Assembly: GCA_973895155.1 (NCBI GenBank)
Contig: OZ316892.1
Coordinates: 27,055,233-27,119,232, forward strand
Source of the DNA: Marsupella aquatica
Lineage: Eukaryota > Plantae > Marchantiophyta
Direction of reading: 5' to 3'
Length of the DNA: 64,000 bases
A program made the translations under genes and the position numbers. Within the stretch, counting starts at the first letter, position 1. The number at the start of each line of letters is the position of its first letter. The notes below the pieces were generated by a model. The model searched no databases. It was not told where the DNA came from and worked only from the letters and a program-made list of their open reading frames with translations. This document shows positions 1 to 11,089 of the stretch, piece by piece.

Positions 1-2467
1 AATCTGACGGATGAAGCTCCAGGAAAATGAGCTCCAGGCGATTGGGTGCATGATTGAGCAGGCGATTGTAACAGCAGGCACCAGGTAATTTAAAGGAAGC
101 AACATTTGGCAATGGACCTAGGCAGCTCACAAATTTTGTTTAGCAGCGATGTCACCTAGACCCTAAACACACAATGCATACATCACCTAGACAACTATAC
201 TTGCAGTCACGAGGTGAGTCCGCGTCGATAGGGGATTGCAGCCTTACCTGTGCCGATGTAGCACCAAGCCGCCCTAACTGAAGCTGCGTAGCAATCCGCA
301 GCAATCGCTCAATGCAAAACAAGTCCCCGGTTGGCCTTGCAGCCCGATCATCCACCTTCAACCCTGCCACCAAGCAATGAGCTCTCCGCTGTTGCTCACC
401 CTAAACCTTCAACACTCCCGCAAAGTTGTGTCTGCCCGCAAGATTGGGTGCGTGATTGATTCGGTGATTGTAACAACAGGCAGCCGCAATCGATCGCAGG
501 TCATGGATACACAAGCTCCAATGTGCTCCCTTTAGCTGAAACAATACCAGTTGTCGCTCACCACCAACACTTTCAGCAACAACACATATTTGTTGTAGTC
601 CGCACCTTAAACCTTAGCCATGGGGTGGTCAATCAAGTTCCGCAATGCCTAAAACACCGACCACCTGACTTACATGAAATGTGCACACAGCTAAGCTCAC
701 CTGTAGCTCACGCCAACCACATTGGGACAATTGAAGTGAATACTGCCATAGCTGAACTCGACTCCTCATGACTCTTTCGCGCCTCCGTAGACTGCCTTAC
801 TCACAGTGCCCAATGCAAAAAAAGGCCCGGTCAATGTTGCAGCCACGATGATCCACCTCACGCTAGATAGTTGGCCTTCAAGATCACTCCCCACTTTCTT
901 GCAGCTCCCCGGCCCTCCACAGCTCCTCGTCCATGGCAGTGCTGCAAATCAATAAGCTCTTGGTTGTAGCTCCTCAGTTGTCGATCACAGCTGCAACAAC
1001 AGAAGCTCGTAACCTTACGATGGAAACCCGGAAAAAGCACCTTCCTGCTTGCCAACGAGCGACACTGTCAACACTCAACGAATGACACTTTGACTCAGTT
1101 TCTCTGAATAGTTTTGGAAACAATTCGTAGACTGAGAACGAGGAATAGGGTTGTGGTATGCATTGGACAAGAAGTCAGTGAGTGAGGTAGTCGACTCTCG
1201 GCCACAAAGAGCAGAAGACAAATTAGACGAGCATGAAGACCCCGACAACAATGACATATCCAGACGACGAGCAGGGACTTACGCAATAAAGTCTAGCCTT
1301 GATCAAGCACTGCTGTTGCACCTGCCTGCCATCACCATCTCTCAAGCGAGAGTGAAGTCCGTAAAGCTCCTCGCACAAAACCCTTCACAAAACCTTCAGG
1401 CACGATGAATGTCCCCGGCCGACAGCAGAATGGACAAGCTAGTTTTTCCCTAAACCGAGTTCCCGCGCACATTCAACTTAACTTTGCACTCTGCTGCCGT
1501 GTTAAACGAAACCCGCGCACCCTAAACTTGTGTCCAAAGGCACACTCACGCACATTGAAGTGGAGACATTGAAAGCACAAAAGAGACACAAAAGTCTATG
1601 ATTTGCCTAATTAGTTTTTTCCTTTGAAACCAAAGGACTTACGCAATAGTTATATGTGGGGTGAGTGGTTAGTCACAACTTTGAACCACCCCCTTTGGTG
1701 AAAATGTGGCCAAATAGTCAGGTATATATGACCCCACATTACCATTATGATAAGTACACTTTTTTAGGGTTGGGGTAGTGAAGAGCTGATCATATATATT
1801 TAAGTTGGACATTTAAGTTGGACTTATATTGAACATGAACCATGCATTGGTTGTCATATATGAAGGGGGCATGGGAAACATGAAGGTTTATGGGGCATGG
1901 CAATAAGTAAACCCAACCTGGCTACATATGTGAGGCTGAAATTGGGTGATAATTAAGCACCTTTTTGGCACGACCAGAAGACGGCGATAGAAAAATTAGA
2001 GATTGACTACAAAAAGCATTAAGTTAGGTTAGCAAGCTTTGACAAATCCTTTTTGCAGTTGAATGGGGCTGGGGCGCGCTTCATGGTGTCTAAATGGGGG
2101 CAGGAATAATGATGGAATACTCAGTAATGGTTTCAAATGGTATGACCTGACTATAATTAAATCTATGTGGGATGACATATGGTGTATCCAAAATCATATG
2201 TATTGGGTTAGATCCCATACTTTAAGGTTGAAGGGCTCAAATGTTGTGCTCTCATAAGTTGTACTCTAATGTAGAGTCGCTTGTATGACTTCAACCTAAT
2301 TGCCTTAACTGAGTTATAGTTACAACTTCCCTAAAAGTTGTAAACATGACTCCTCAAAACTTCACCAAAACTCAGTCAAGAAGGTGTGACTAACATGACA
2401 CCAACAACTTTGGAGTCGTTGTTTCATGAAGGTCTCGGACAAGTCACGTTCTTTGTGGTCTCAGAAA

Positions 2468-2486
2468 GGGTGGGTTTCTTCTAGTG
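2468..2486 (-). mobile_element. Probable terminal inverted repeat of a CACTA (En/Spm) DNA transposon extending leftwards (1-2486), other end outside the window
   Basis: Minus strand reads CACTAGAAGAAACCC from 2486, matching CACTA termini (CACTACAAGAAA-like), exactly where the minus-strand RT homology (...VMPAKK) stops. No transposase or second TIR visible. Confidence 0.55.
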
Positions 2487-2575
2487 CTTCTTTGCTGGCA
2501 TGACTGTGGGAGCAACAAAAGGGGAACTTGAAGGTTTGATGAGACCTGCCTCATGTAGTTCCTTGCATCTGGCAT
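2487..2575 (-). pseudogene. Gypsy RT N-terminal fragment, left of the solo LTR
   Basis: Manual translation ARCKELHEAGLIKPSSSPFVAPTVMPAKK, typical of the first gypsy RT motif; continues the frame from 6911 across the TSD. Confidence 0.8.
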
Positions 2576-5500
2576 TGTGATGCCTAGACAGGAATCACTC
2601 GGCCAGTTAAGTGGGTAAAGCAGGAAGGCACCCTAGGAACACCTTAGTATAGGGACAAAACAAGGAAAATATAAACCATTAGGGGCAACCATGGAACCCG
2701 GGCCGAGGCCGGAGGTAAGGACGCTGAGGGTGAAAACTCGATTAGGGTTAGGGCGCGTTAAGCGTCGGCGGCTAGGAAGGATCAACGGGAAGAAGGACCG
2801 GCAGAGGAGAGGGGTAAGGAGCGCTTGCAGGAGATGGTGGCTCATTTGCGAGCACGAACTAGGCAGACGACTACGGGAGGCCAACTACTGTCAGCTGCTT
2901 AGGCAAGCACTCGGGGAGAGAGTAGATACCGACGATCGACCTAAGGAGGGTATGAGCAACGTCAATCAAGCGGCACATTTCTGGGGATGCCTGTTCGAAC
3001 GGGCAACTGAGTACATCAAGACTTACGAGGACGAGGAATCAGAAAGGGCAGCTCGAGAATGGCAGGAGCTTGCTCGATTGTGGGAGCTGCAGAAGACGGC
3101 TTTCTTAGGAGGCGAACTCATCAAGGACGAGTTCCTGTGGACGCCTACCTCCAATCAACTCGACGATCTTCTGTTTTGCAAAGACAGCGTCGTCGGCATC
3201 CGAGAGGCCATCAAGAACTGCAACGACATACACTGGGAATTAAAGGGTAGCACGGAAAGGTGGACCCAGGCAACGGTGCTAGGAGAAACCTCCACGGCAG
3301 CAGAGATGAAGAGGAAGGGAGCCGTCAACGATGAAGCCACCCCGGCAAAAAGAACGAGGTCGGAGGCACCAAAGAAGCCAGCCGAGCAGTAGAGCGGGAG
3401 GCAGGGAGAAGCCGAAGAGGAGGAGGTCGATCCCATCAAAGCCATTCCAACCAGGGATGACACCTGGAAGGGCTGGGCGGCAACCCTACCGGTGGAGGTG
3501 CAACTACATTTTGCACGGGAGGAGGATGCATGCTTCACGGCCATGTAGACCAAGAAGTACCAAGGCTTCATGGCCGGATCCGGCTTAGAGGCCTTTGTGA
3601 GATTACCATGGCTGAAGCCGGAGGTACCGGAGTCAGACCTATTAGAATTCGTGGGGTCATGGGAACCCGAGACCAATTGCACGAGGATATATGGGAAGGA
3701 TTTCTATCTTACTCCCAAGGTAATTGCCGAAGTGTTTGGCTTGCCGATAGGCAATAAGACCAAAGTTGATACCAGGAAGACCTTGCCTGACAAGGAGTTC
3801 CGGTCGTTCCCCGGGCCATCAACGAAGAATGGCTTCTTCCGGAACACCTGCACCAACCCGCACATAGGAGAGATGATCGACTTCTTGCGGGTGACCATGC
3901 ATTGTAACTTGCCGAGGGCAGAGATCGGCAAGGCACAGGTCTATCTGGCAGAAAGGCCAGACCCAAGCCGGGACTACAACGGGTACCTCCTCAACCAATT
4001 GAAGAAGATCTTAAAGGAGGAGCAACAGGTAATCGGCATGGGGAGCGTGTCGCGACTTGGCTATCACATGCCGCTGTTGTGCCGGTATGCCAGAGGTCAG
4101 ACTTTTGCCCCGGTACTTCCCCTGCAGGTAAGGGCACCCGAGGAAGCTCCAACGCCGAGGCCGTTGGCTGAGAAGCCTCAACCACCTGTTAGCCCTACAA
4201 TCGAGCAGGTGTTTAAGCCCAGGAAGGAGGACTTGCCGATGCAGCAACCAGGCATGCAGAGTCTGCTGAAACTACTGGAGAACGAAAAGAAATCGGCATC
4301 GGCAACAACAACGGCAATGGCAACAATGCAGGACACTACTACAGAGGTAGGCCTACACCGGCTCACAAGAGAAAACCCCTTTGCTGGAGACAAGGAGAGA
4401 ATCAGGCCGGAATCCAAGCCCGGTGTTCGAATGTATGTGGGAATCTCAAGCTCCAAATCTGAGGCAGAATTGCCTGAAGCTCCTACTGACGAAGAAAAAG
4501 GAAGCAAACCTCTAGCCACGATTGATGAGATCCGCAAGACGGCTTGGGAGCAGAGGCCGCGATGGGCGATGCCGATCACTTCTACTTACTCCACCTACGC
4601 TAAGAATAGAGCCATGGAGTATGGTGAGATGTGTGGGGAACTTGCGCTCGGCATCTTTGGAGAGGAGTTGGAGGTAGGACCCTTTTTTCATAAGGAGCAG
4701 TTGGAGAAGCACCAATTAGAAGAAGCGGTGGCTTTAGAGAGAAGCAAGAAGGACGAGGTCATTCGGCGGCTTAGGAGGATGGAAGCCGAGATTGAAGATC
4801 TAAGGGCGGCCAAGAAAGCCCAAGATGAACTGCGGATTAAACGACATGAGCTGAACATCATGCAGGGGCAGTTGGACACCGCGCAGGCTGATAATCAGAA
4901 TATCAAGGATAAACTGACTCAGACGCAGGGAGAGTTGGCCGACACGATCAAAGAGAGGGAGAAGTGGAAGCAAGAGCTGAAGAATACAGAGGAGGCCCAC
5001 ATAACAGCCAACAGCCGGGCCATGGCGGAGACCCAAAGAAAGGAATGGGCGTTGAAAGGGGAGCTCGAGAAAATCCGCGGAGCCCTTGAGCAGAAGGAGG
5101 CCGAGTTAGGGAAATCCTATCAAGGGATTATGGCGCTGCAGCAGGAGCTTGCGTCCCTGACGGCCAGCTTCAAGGCCGACCTAAGGGAGAAGGACGAGAT
5201 GCTCGAACAGACTTACGCCAAGATGAACCAGATGGAGTCTGTCATCATTGCAGAGCTCGACAAGGAGCTAAGAGCCACCCAGGAGGAGAGGACTACCTTG
5301 AAACAAGAACGGGAGGAAGCCCAGAAGGAACTAGAGGAGGCACGCAAGGACCTGGATGAGACCTAGAAGGAGTTGGAGGAAATCACGAGGAAGATGGAGA
5401 ACCTCCAGCGGCGGGCCGACAACCAAACGGAGCGGCTGAAGAAACAAGCCGCAGTATTTAAGTGCTTGTCTTCATCAGGCCCAACTCCAATTGGGGCAAC

Positions 5501-6905
5501 CAAGTTACCAGGAGTGGTACTGGCCGAAGAAAAAGCCGCGCCACCTGCACCAGTGCCGGAAGTAAGTGGGAAGTGGAAGGGACCAGCTGCCGAACCAGAA
5601 AAGAAGAAGAAGCGGAAACCTTCAGGGTCAAGGAGTAATCCGACTCCACAAGCCGTGGTGACCAAGGAGGTAGAACCAGCACCATCCTCCGGCATGAATA
5701 CGGCAATAGATCCCGCTATCATCACAGGTGGGGGTGGTGCGGCCCAAGCCGAACTACTCAGTAATGAGGCCGGTATTCCAGATCCGCCTCTTGAGCAGGC
5801 CGGGGAGACCGTAGCCGAGGCTGAGGCCGTAACCAATTCCCGAGCCGATGCCGACGCCGATGGTGGACCCAGTCAGGCCGATGGAGAGTTGACTCAGTCA
5901 AGGGCAGGTAATCTGTCAGAGAATGAACCTACGGTAGTGGCTGAGGAGGAAGCGTTGGGGGCGTCCATTAAGAATCCACCACCGGTGTCGTGACGGTGCA
6001 AGGGCGCCGTTCCTTTTAGGGAGGGCGGACGTGGAGGGAGGAGGCGTGAGTGGGCAGGGCGGGCGCTGATCTCCAAGTTTAGGATTAGGATCAGGACCAG
6101 GAGCGGCCCTGACACTTAGCTTAGTGGGATTGCGGTTCCACTGGTAGGAGCAACACTTGTGCTCCTGCCTTGCTGTACATAGGTAGATTCGGGCAAGTAG
6201 ATTACTGTTAGGTTGATTAGGCTTACGATGCAAAGCATGGCGGATCCACTACCAGGATAAGTACCTGGGCAGCGGGGAGCTCAGGGCCTCTTCTTTAGCA
6301 AGTTTTTAGTTTGCACCAGCCGGGCTGGGATCAAGTAGTACGAGAAGCTCTCGGTTAGTCATACAATGACCCTTGTGTATATTCATGTTTCCTCATGCCT
6401 AAGAGCTGAATAGAGTTGGCCTCACGGCTTAGTTCGCAGAACTTGTGTATGAGATGTACTGTTTGTATGGCAAGTGCATGGTATGACTCAGTCAGAATGA
6501 GTCATTTTGCTATTTGTGTGTCGCATTAACTTGTGTGAAGAGTGCCCACATCAACCAGAAGCAAGGAAGGTAAGCAGGGGAGTGAGAGTTGGATGTGTTG
6601 AGCTGAGAGAGGTCTTAGCGGCTTAACCAAGCCTATTGGGGATCATTCCGGCGGCGGAATCCAAACATACCTAACAAGACGGAGGGGAAGACAAGGGAAG
6701 GCCTAGATTAGGCCGGCTACGTATCTCATGACCCGATGAAGGATCTGTCCAGTATATGTGTGTAAAATGTTAATAGTAGTAGTAGAAGGTTAGCAGCGTC
6801 CCATGCCGCTAAGCCGCGGAAACGGCCTCGCCAAGCGCGAAACCTGCGGGAATCGGCTTGAGCTGGGGGGTTTCTTGGGTTTAGGGAGCCGTGGGACACA
6901 CCACA
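2576..6905 (+). mobile_element. Solo LTR (4330 bp) of the long-LTR gypsy family
   Basis: Starts TGTGATGCC, ends CACCACA; perfect 5-bp TSD GGCAT (2571-2575 and 6906-6910); collinear with the array LTRs; no flanking PBS or PPT. Confidence 0.96.
2691..5993 (+). pseudogene. LTR-encoded ORF (~1100 codons; PMD-like segment, coiled coil, low-complexity tail), solo-LTR copy
   Basis: ORFs 2691-3392, 3570-5366 and 5373-5993 are in one frame, broken only by TAG stops at 3390, 3546 and 5364 that are Gln codons in most or all array copies. Start could be 2691 (ACCATGG) or 2952 (MSNVNQ). Confidence 0.85.
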
Positions 6906-6910
6906 GGCAT

Positions 6911-7070
6911 CCACCAACTCCCACTCATGCTAGCTTAGTCAATACCGCTCCCGAAATATCGGTGTCTCATCAGTCAATGGAATTGTGAATTCTATTATAT
7001 GTTGCACTTCCCTAAATCCTTCATAGAGAATGCAAAGCAATCTTTGTACTCATTGATGAGTTTCTTCATT
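6911..7070 (-). pseudogene. Gypsy pre-RT/RT start, right of the solo LTR
   Basis: Manual translation MKKLINEYKDCFAFSMKDLGKC..EFTIPLTDETPIFRERY*LS*HEWELV, with a frameshift and stops. Confidence 0.75.
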
Positions 7071-7380
7071 TGGAGCTTCTAGTTTGCCGTCAGTTGTTCT
7101 CCCATGGTCCACTCAAAATTCTCAACTGAAGGGGGTGGCTCCTCTTTTGATTTGTCTTCCTCTGTATTTGTGGAAGAGCTGTGGCTAAAAGCACGTGGTT
7201 GAAGATTAACTGGGACCTCTCCCCCCAGTCACTGGTCTGAAATGGTAGGTACCAACCTGTGGAAGATGTAAATCTGTGGGAGAAAGTGTCTCAGCAGCAG
7301 CTGTCGCCTTCATGGTATGTTGCGCGTTGGTGAGCATTTGAAAAGCCAAGCATGAGGACAGTACTCATGAAAATTCTATG

Positions 7381-8330
7381 AGGTCAAGCGCTTGGCCTAG
7401 CAATTTGTTACGTTGATGTTTTGTAAGACTAGGGTGCTGAGTGCTCCCTGTCTGAAATCCCATAGCGCTCTCGCGCTCCTCTGAGGATGGTGGCTGCCAC
7501 TGTTGTCTAGCCTGTCAAAATACCAGCCCTGGACCTTCTCCCCAAAATGCAAAGGAGCCTGGGAAGGATAGTAGTGTGGGCCATACTACCCGGGAAGGAT
7601 AGTAGTGTGGGCCATACTGCCCATGGTGTGCCTATGCGGTTGGCTGGAAAGAACAGTGCACGCCAGTCCGTACCACCGGTCAAGGAAGACTACTAGGATC
7701 CAAAATTTGTTGTAATTGCTGTGGAGGATCGGGTTTAGTCTCCAATAGAGCAAGCTTAAGAGTATTATGTGGTGCTAGGTTAGTCCACAAATTCCGTAAA
7801 TGATGGGCATAAGAACCGTATTGAGCTGCATTAATGAGGAATGGATCACCCAACAAGTGTTGAACGACAGCAAAATCTTTCAAGACGTCAGTTCGGGAAT
7901 AAAATTGTGCAGGTGCGTTCTCCAAGATGTAACTCACACATGGGTTGCGTTGTTGTATCCAACCAAGCACCCGAAGTAGATCCTTAAACAGCATTGAACG
8001 GTTATCTCGTAAACCTCCACTTGTGCCTGCTGCATAAAATCCTTGGCACTCCCAGCCAGCAACTACCAAATGTATAGGGCCTAGTAACTGGATGTGGCAT
8101 TGTTGGATAAGTTTGATATGCGGAGGAAGAAATGTGAGAGCAGACTCCCATGCTGTGGTAGAAAAGAGTTGGAAATATTGCTTACTAAGGGCGGCAAGGC
8201 GTTGAGGCAGCAACAGGCGTGTGACAACATCTATGTCACAATACACGTACTTGTGTATCTGTAATCCACACTTGAGAGCGGTCTCAAGCCCAGTAGCCAG
8301 TCCCCCAAATAATTCCACAAATATGATGCC
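7381..8330 (-). pseudogene. C5-cytosine DNA methyltransferase domain inside the retroelement polyprotein
   Basis: Motif I VELFGGLATG, motif II CDID, motif IV VVAGWECQGF (catalytic Cys), motif VI YILENA, motif VIII-like RNLWTN in ORF 7680-8441; motifs IX/X EERESAMGFQTGST..QRNKLLGQALD at 7381-7490 by manual translation. Confidence 0.85.
7561..7622. repeat. 31-bp tandem duplication
   Basis: gggaaggatagtagtgtgggccatact(a/g)ccc twice; not a multiple of 3, inside the DNMT variable region. Confidence 0.92.
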
Positions 8331-8447
8331 TTTTGATGGAGGGCACCACCGGATAGATGTATTGGATACTGGTGAAGCAATGTAGTAGGCATGTGGCTTA
8401 TCTTGAATGTGCATTGCACAGTACTCCAACACTTTTGTCATGCGGAC

Positions 8448-9066
8448 CTATGCCTTCTCCAGTAATAACTGTGTATCTGGTGAATACTCTGTCTTGGTAG
8501 CAGTCGCGACAGTAGTATCATGAGCCACCAATGGAACTTGATCTGGTCTGTAATTTCCAGAGGCAAAAATATAATCCATGGTGTCCGATGTGTGTAACAC
8601 AGACGGGTACTCTGCCTCATACATGGATGGAGGGACCAACTCCGTCATGTTGGCCTCTTTGAACATTGTGTGTGACAGTGGGATTATTTGTTGGCCGTGC
8701 AATGCCAATGGGATAGTTCCCATTCGTTGCCCACCTGTCTCCCAATCAGGCCTGTAATAGGCAATCTCCGTCCAATTATCGATCATGATACCTAGCGGGA
8801 ATAGTACTTCTTGGCCAAGCAGTAGATCATACAGTGTAGCCTTGGTCACAAGGCAGTGCATGTGAATGGTCAACGCGATGCTGGACTTGGGATTGAAACA
8901 AATTTGCATCAACTTGGAAATTTTTGCCAATCCTGTCTCCACTGCACCGTTGGCCAGTCTGATGTTCCACTTTGTTGGTCGTAAGGCATCGCCAATGATA
9001 CCCAAAGATTCAACAAAGCGCTGACTGATGATGGCAGGTTGTGCCCCAGTGTCAAGGATGACAATC
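8448..9066 (-). pseudogene. Retropepsin-type aspartic protease and linker of the DNMT-gypsy
   Basis: IVILDTGAQPAIIS at ~9025-9066, in frame with ORF 8448-9005 (IRLANG..., YDLLLGQEVL); same frame as DNMT ORF 7680-8441, separated by one stop. Confidence 0.8.
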
Positions 9067-9623
9067 CTGGGTGTGGCTTCTTGAATAGTACCGATAGATC
9101 ATTGATTATCAACCATTACTATTCCAACCTTTGACACTGCACGTTGGCCAGACTCAACAAAAGGTATATCCCGAGTGAGCATGTGGATATGCTGGGACCA
9201 ATCAGTTATCGCCAAAGAACGAGGTGCAAGCAATGTATCCACTAACGGTGGTGGTGCAGGTTGTGTGGCTGTGGCTTCACTGGGAAACTGGATAGCTTCT
9301 ACCAATGCCGCTGGTGTGGTGACAGCAGTGTCAGTAGGTGAAATAATTAGGCCAGGCACACGTTATGCTAATAGTGTTCCTACATCTTGGAGCAACGCTA
9401 TGACCCTCTATGGTGTAATTCCCATCTCTTCACAAGAAAATAGTGGGGTCTGCATCAACCGCTTGGTCAATTCCGCATTTGAAAGTGCTAGCCTCTTGTT
9501 GAAAACTTGTCTAGCGTCCTGCCTAGATGCTGAGGCAGTGGGTGGCACACTCACAATGGGTATTGCTGAAGGTGTGGGCAACACTACAGTTGGTTGACTC
9601 CCCTCATTGGTATCCAAGGGCAA

Positions 9624-10732
9624 CTATCGATGATTGTTAGAAATGATGTCTTGTTCTTCATCCATGGACATCTGACAGAAACTACGAGGCATAGAGCTCC
9701 TTGGCTCTGCTTCTCTGGGTAGTGTAGTAACGGCAATCTGGTTGTCTCCTGCAGCCTTATCCCGTGCGGATCTAGTGACTACATACCCATTCAAGTCATA
9801 AGGTAACGAGGTGTTTGGGTTGCTACCTCCAATTGATGGTGAAGGAGCCTTCTGCAAAGCCTGTACCAATAATGCAGACATCCGATTGTCAAAAGCTTCA
9901 AATAGCTCTGCCTTGAGAGCGTCCATCTTTTGCTTGGATTTGGTTGCCTTGGCCTCATTCTTGTTACCACTGCTGGATGCTTGAGAAGAGTTGTCTGCAG
10001 CCTTGATACTCGCTACAGGCTTCACATTCTTTTGCGGTTGAGTAGGATATATAGGCCGACTATTGTCGGAGTAACAATTTCTGTTGCCTCCATTCTGGAT
10101 GTGCTTGAAAGCAAACTGACTCCACATGTCCAATCTTGCTGCATGCAGAACAATGCAAATTCTCTTTTGGAATGTTGCACTGAGGTGAGTTGTGGTCTAA
10201 TGACCCACAATAATTGCACAATTGTATTGGTGCAGCCGCATTCACGTGCTTGGAGTTATGACCTCGCTGTCCCCTCTCAAACGGTCTTCCTTGCGACTAT
10301 CGTGGGTTGGCAGATTGTCTTTCCTGCCCAACTGGGGCCGTATTATCAGTGGCAGCAACTCTGGTCTTTGGCTTGGGCATGATCTCGTAGTTCTCATTCG
10401 CCCAGTTCATCTTTTCTACAAGTTCATAGACATCCTGCAGGGTGTAATTCTTGTTGCTTCCTGAGAATAGGTTGGTGGTAACCTTGTTATGCAGGTCTAT
10501 GTCATCTGCTTGTAGGGCCCGCAAGTACTTGTACGCTGCTTCTTGATCAGTGCAACTCTCTGTCTCCTTTTGCAAGCATTCAATCCTTCGATACATCATC
10601 TTCAGCGTCTCATCCTTCTTACGTATGAAGTTGTTCAACTCTGCCAACTTGATTGAGTTCCTCTCTGGGAATTCTTCTTTCAGTATGACGAAGAAGTCTG
10701 CTACTGGATGTGTGACTCAAAGACCTATCAAT
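9624..10732 (-). pseudogene. gag C-terminal half of the DNMT-gypsy, with two CCHC knuckles
   Basis: CNYCGSLDHNSPQC and CSACSKIGHVESVC (10060-10245); helical gag-like ORF 10297-10647; frameshifted. Confidence 0.75.
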
Positions 10733-11075
10733 TGTTAGATATTGCTCTAGTCTTGTGACTCATGAACTAACCACAGTTAGCCTAACTCGGGTTAGGACTT
10801 AGCTAATGTTAGCGGTAGTGCTGTTGTGCATATAGCCAGGGCTGATGCCAGACCCTGGTGGACTTAGGCTCATTGTTACGGAGCTAGTTGAGAGGTAGGG
10901 AGAGCTTGTGCTGTGGATGCTTGGTATGGCCGGTCGGCCTAGAGTGCAGTAAAGCTCTTGTGTGTTCCCGTGGACGTAGCCTCATATGGAGGTGAACCAC
11001 GTATCTCTCTGTGTCGACTCTTGTGCGTTGGATGGTTCATGGGCTTGCCGTTGTGAATGTCGTCTATGCTCAACA
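10733..11075 (+). repeat. Copia 5' LTR
   Basis: TGTTAGATA...GCTCAACA, direct repeat of 54482-54824. Confidence 0.95.
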
Positions 11076-11077
11076 AG

Positions 11078-11089
11078 TGGTATCAGAGC
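11078..11089 (+). promoter_or_regulatory. Copia primer-binding site (tRNA-iMet)
   Basis: TGGTATCAGAGC 2 nt after the LTR. Confidence 0.95.

Noticed and set aside
1-1500. Short ORFs and an imperfect ~40-bp repeat (40-80 vs 442-483)
   Set aside because: No recognisable domain; cannot be assigned beyond probable transposon interior.
3155-5836. Many antisense ORFs repeated in each LTR and internal region
   Set aside because: Shadows of the sense ORFs; they recur only because the DNA is duplicated.
6312-6324. TGCACCAGCCGGG resembling a tRNA-Gly PBS inside the LTR
   Set aside because: Lacks the leading TGG and an adjacent LTR end; probably chance.
7680-8441. Bacterial restriction-modification methylase or contamination
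   Set aside because: In frame with a retroviral-type protease, flanked by gag and RT, embedded among plant-type TEs.
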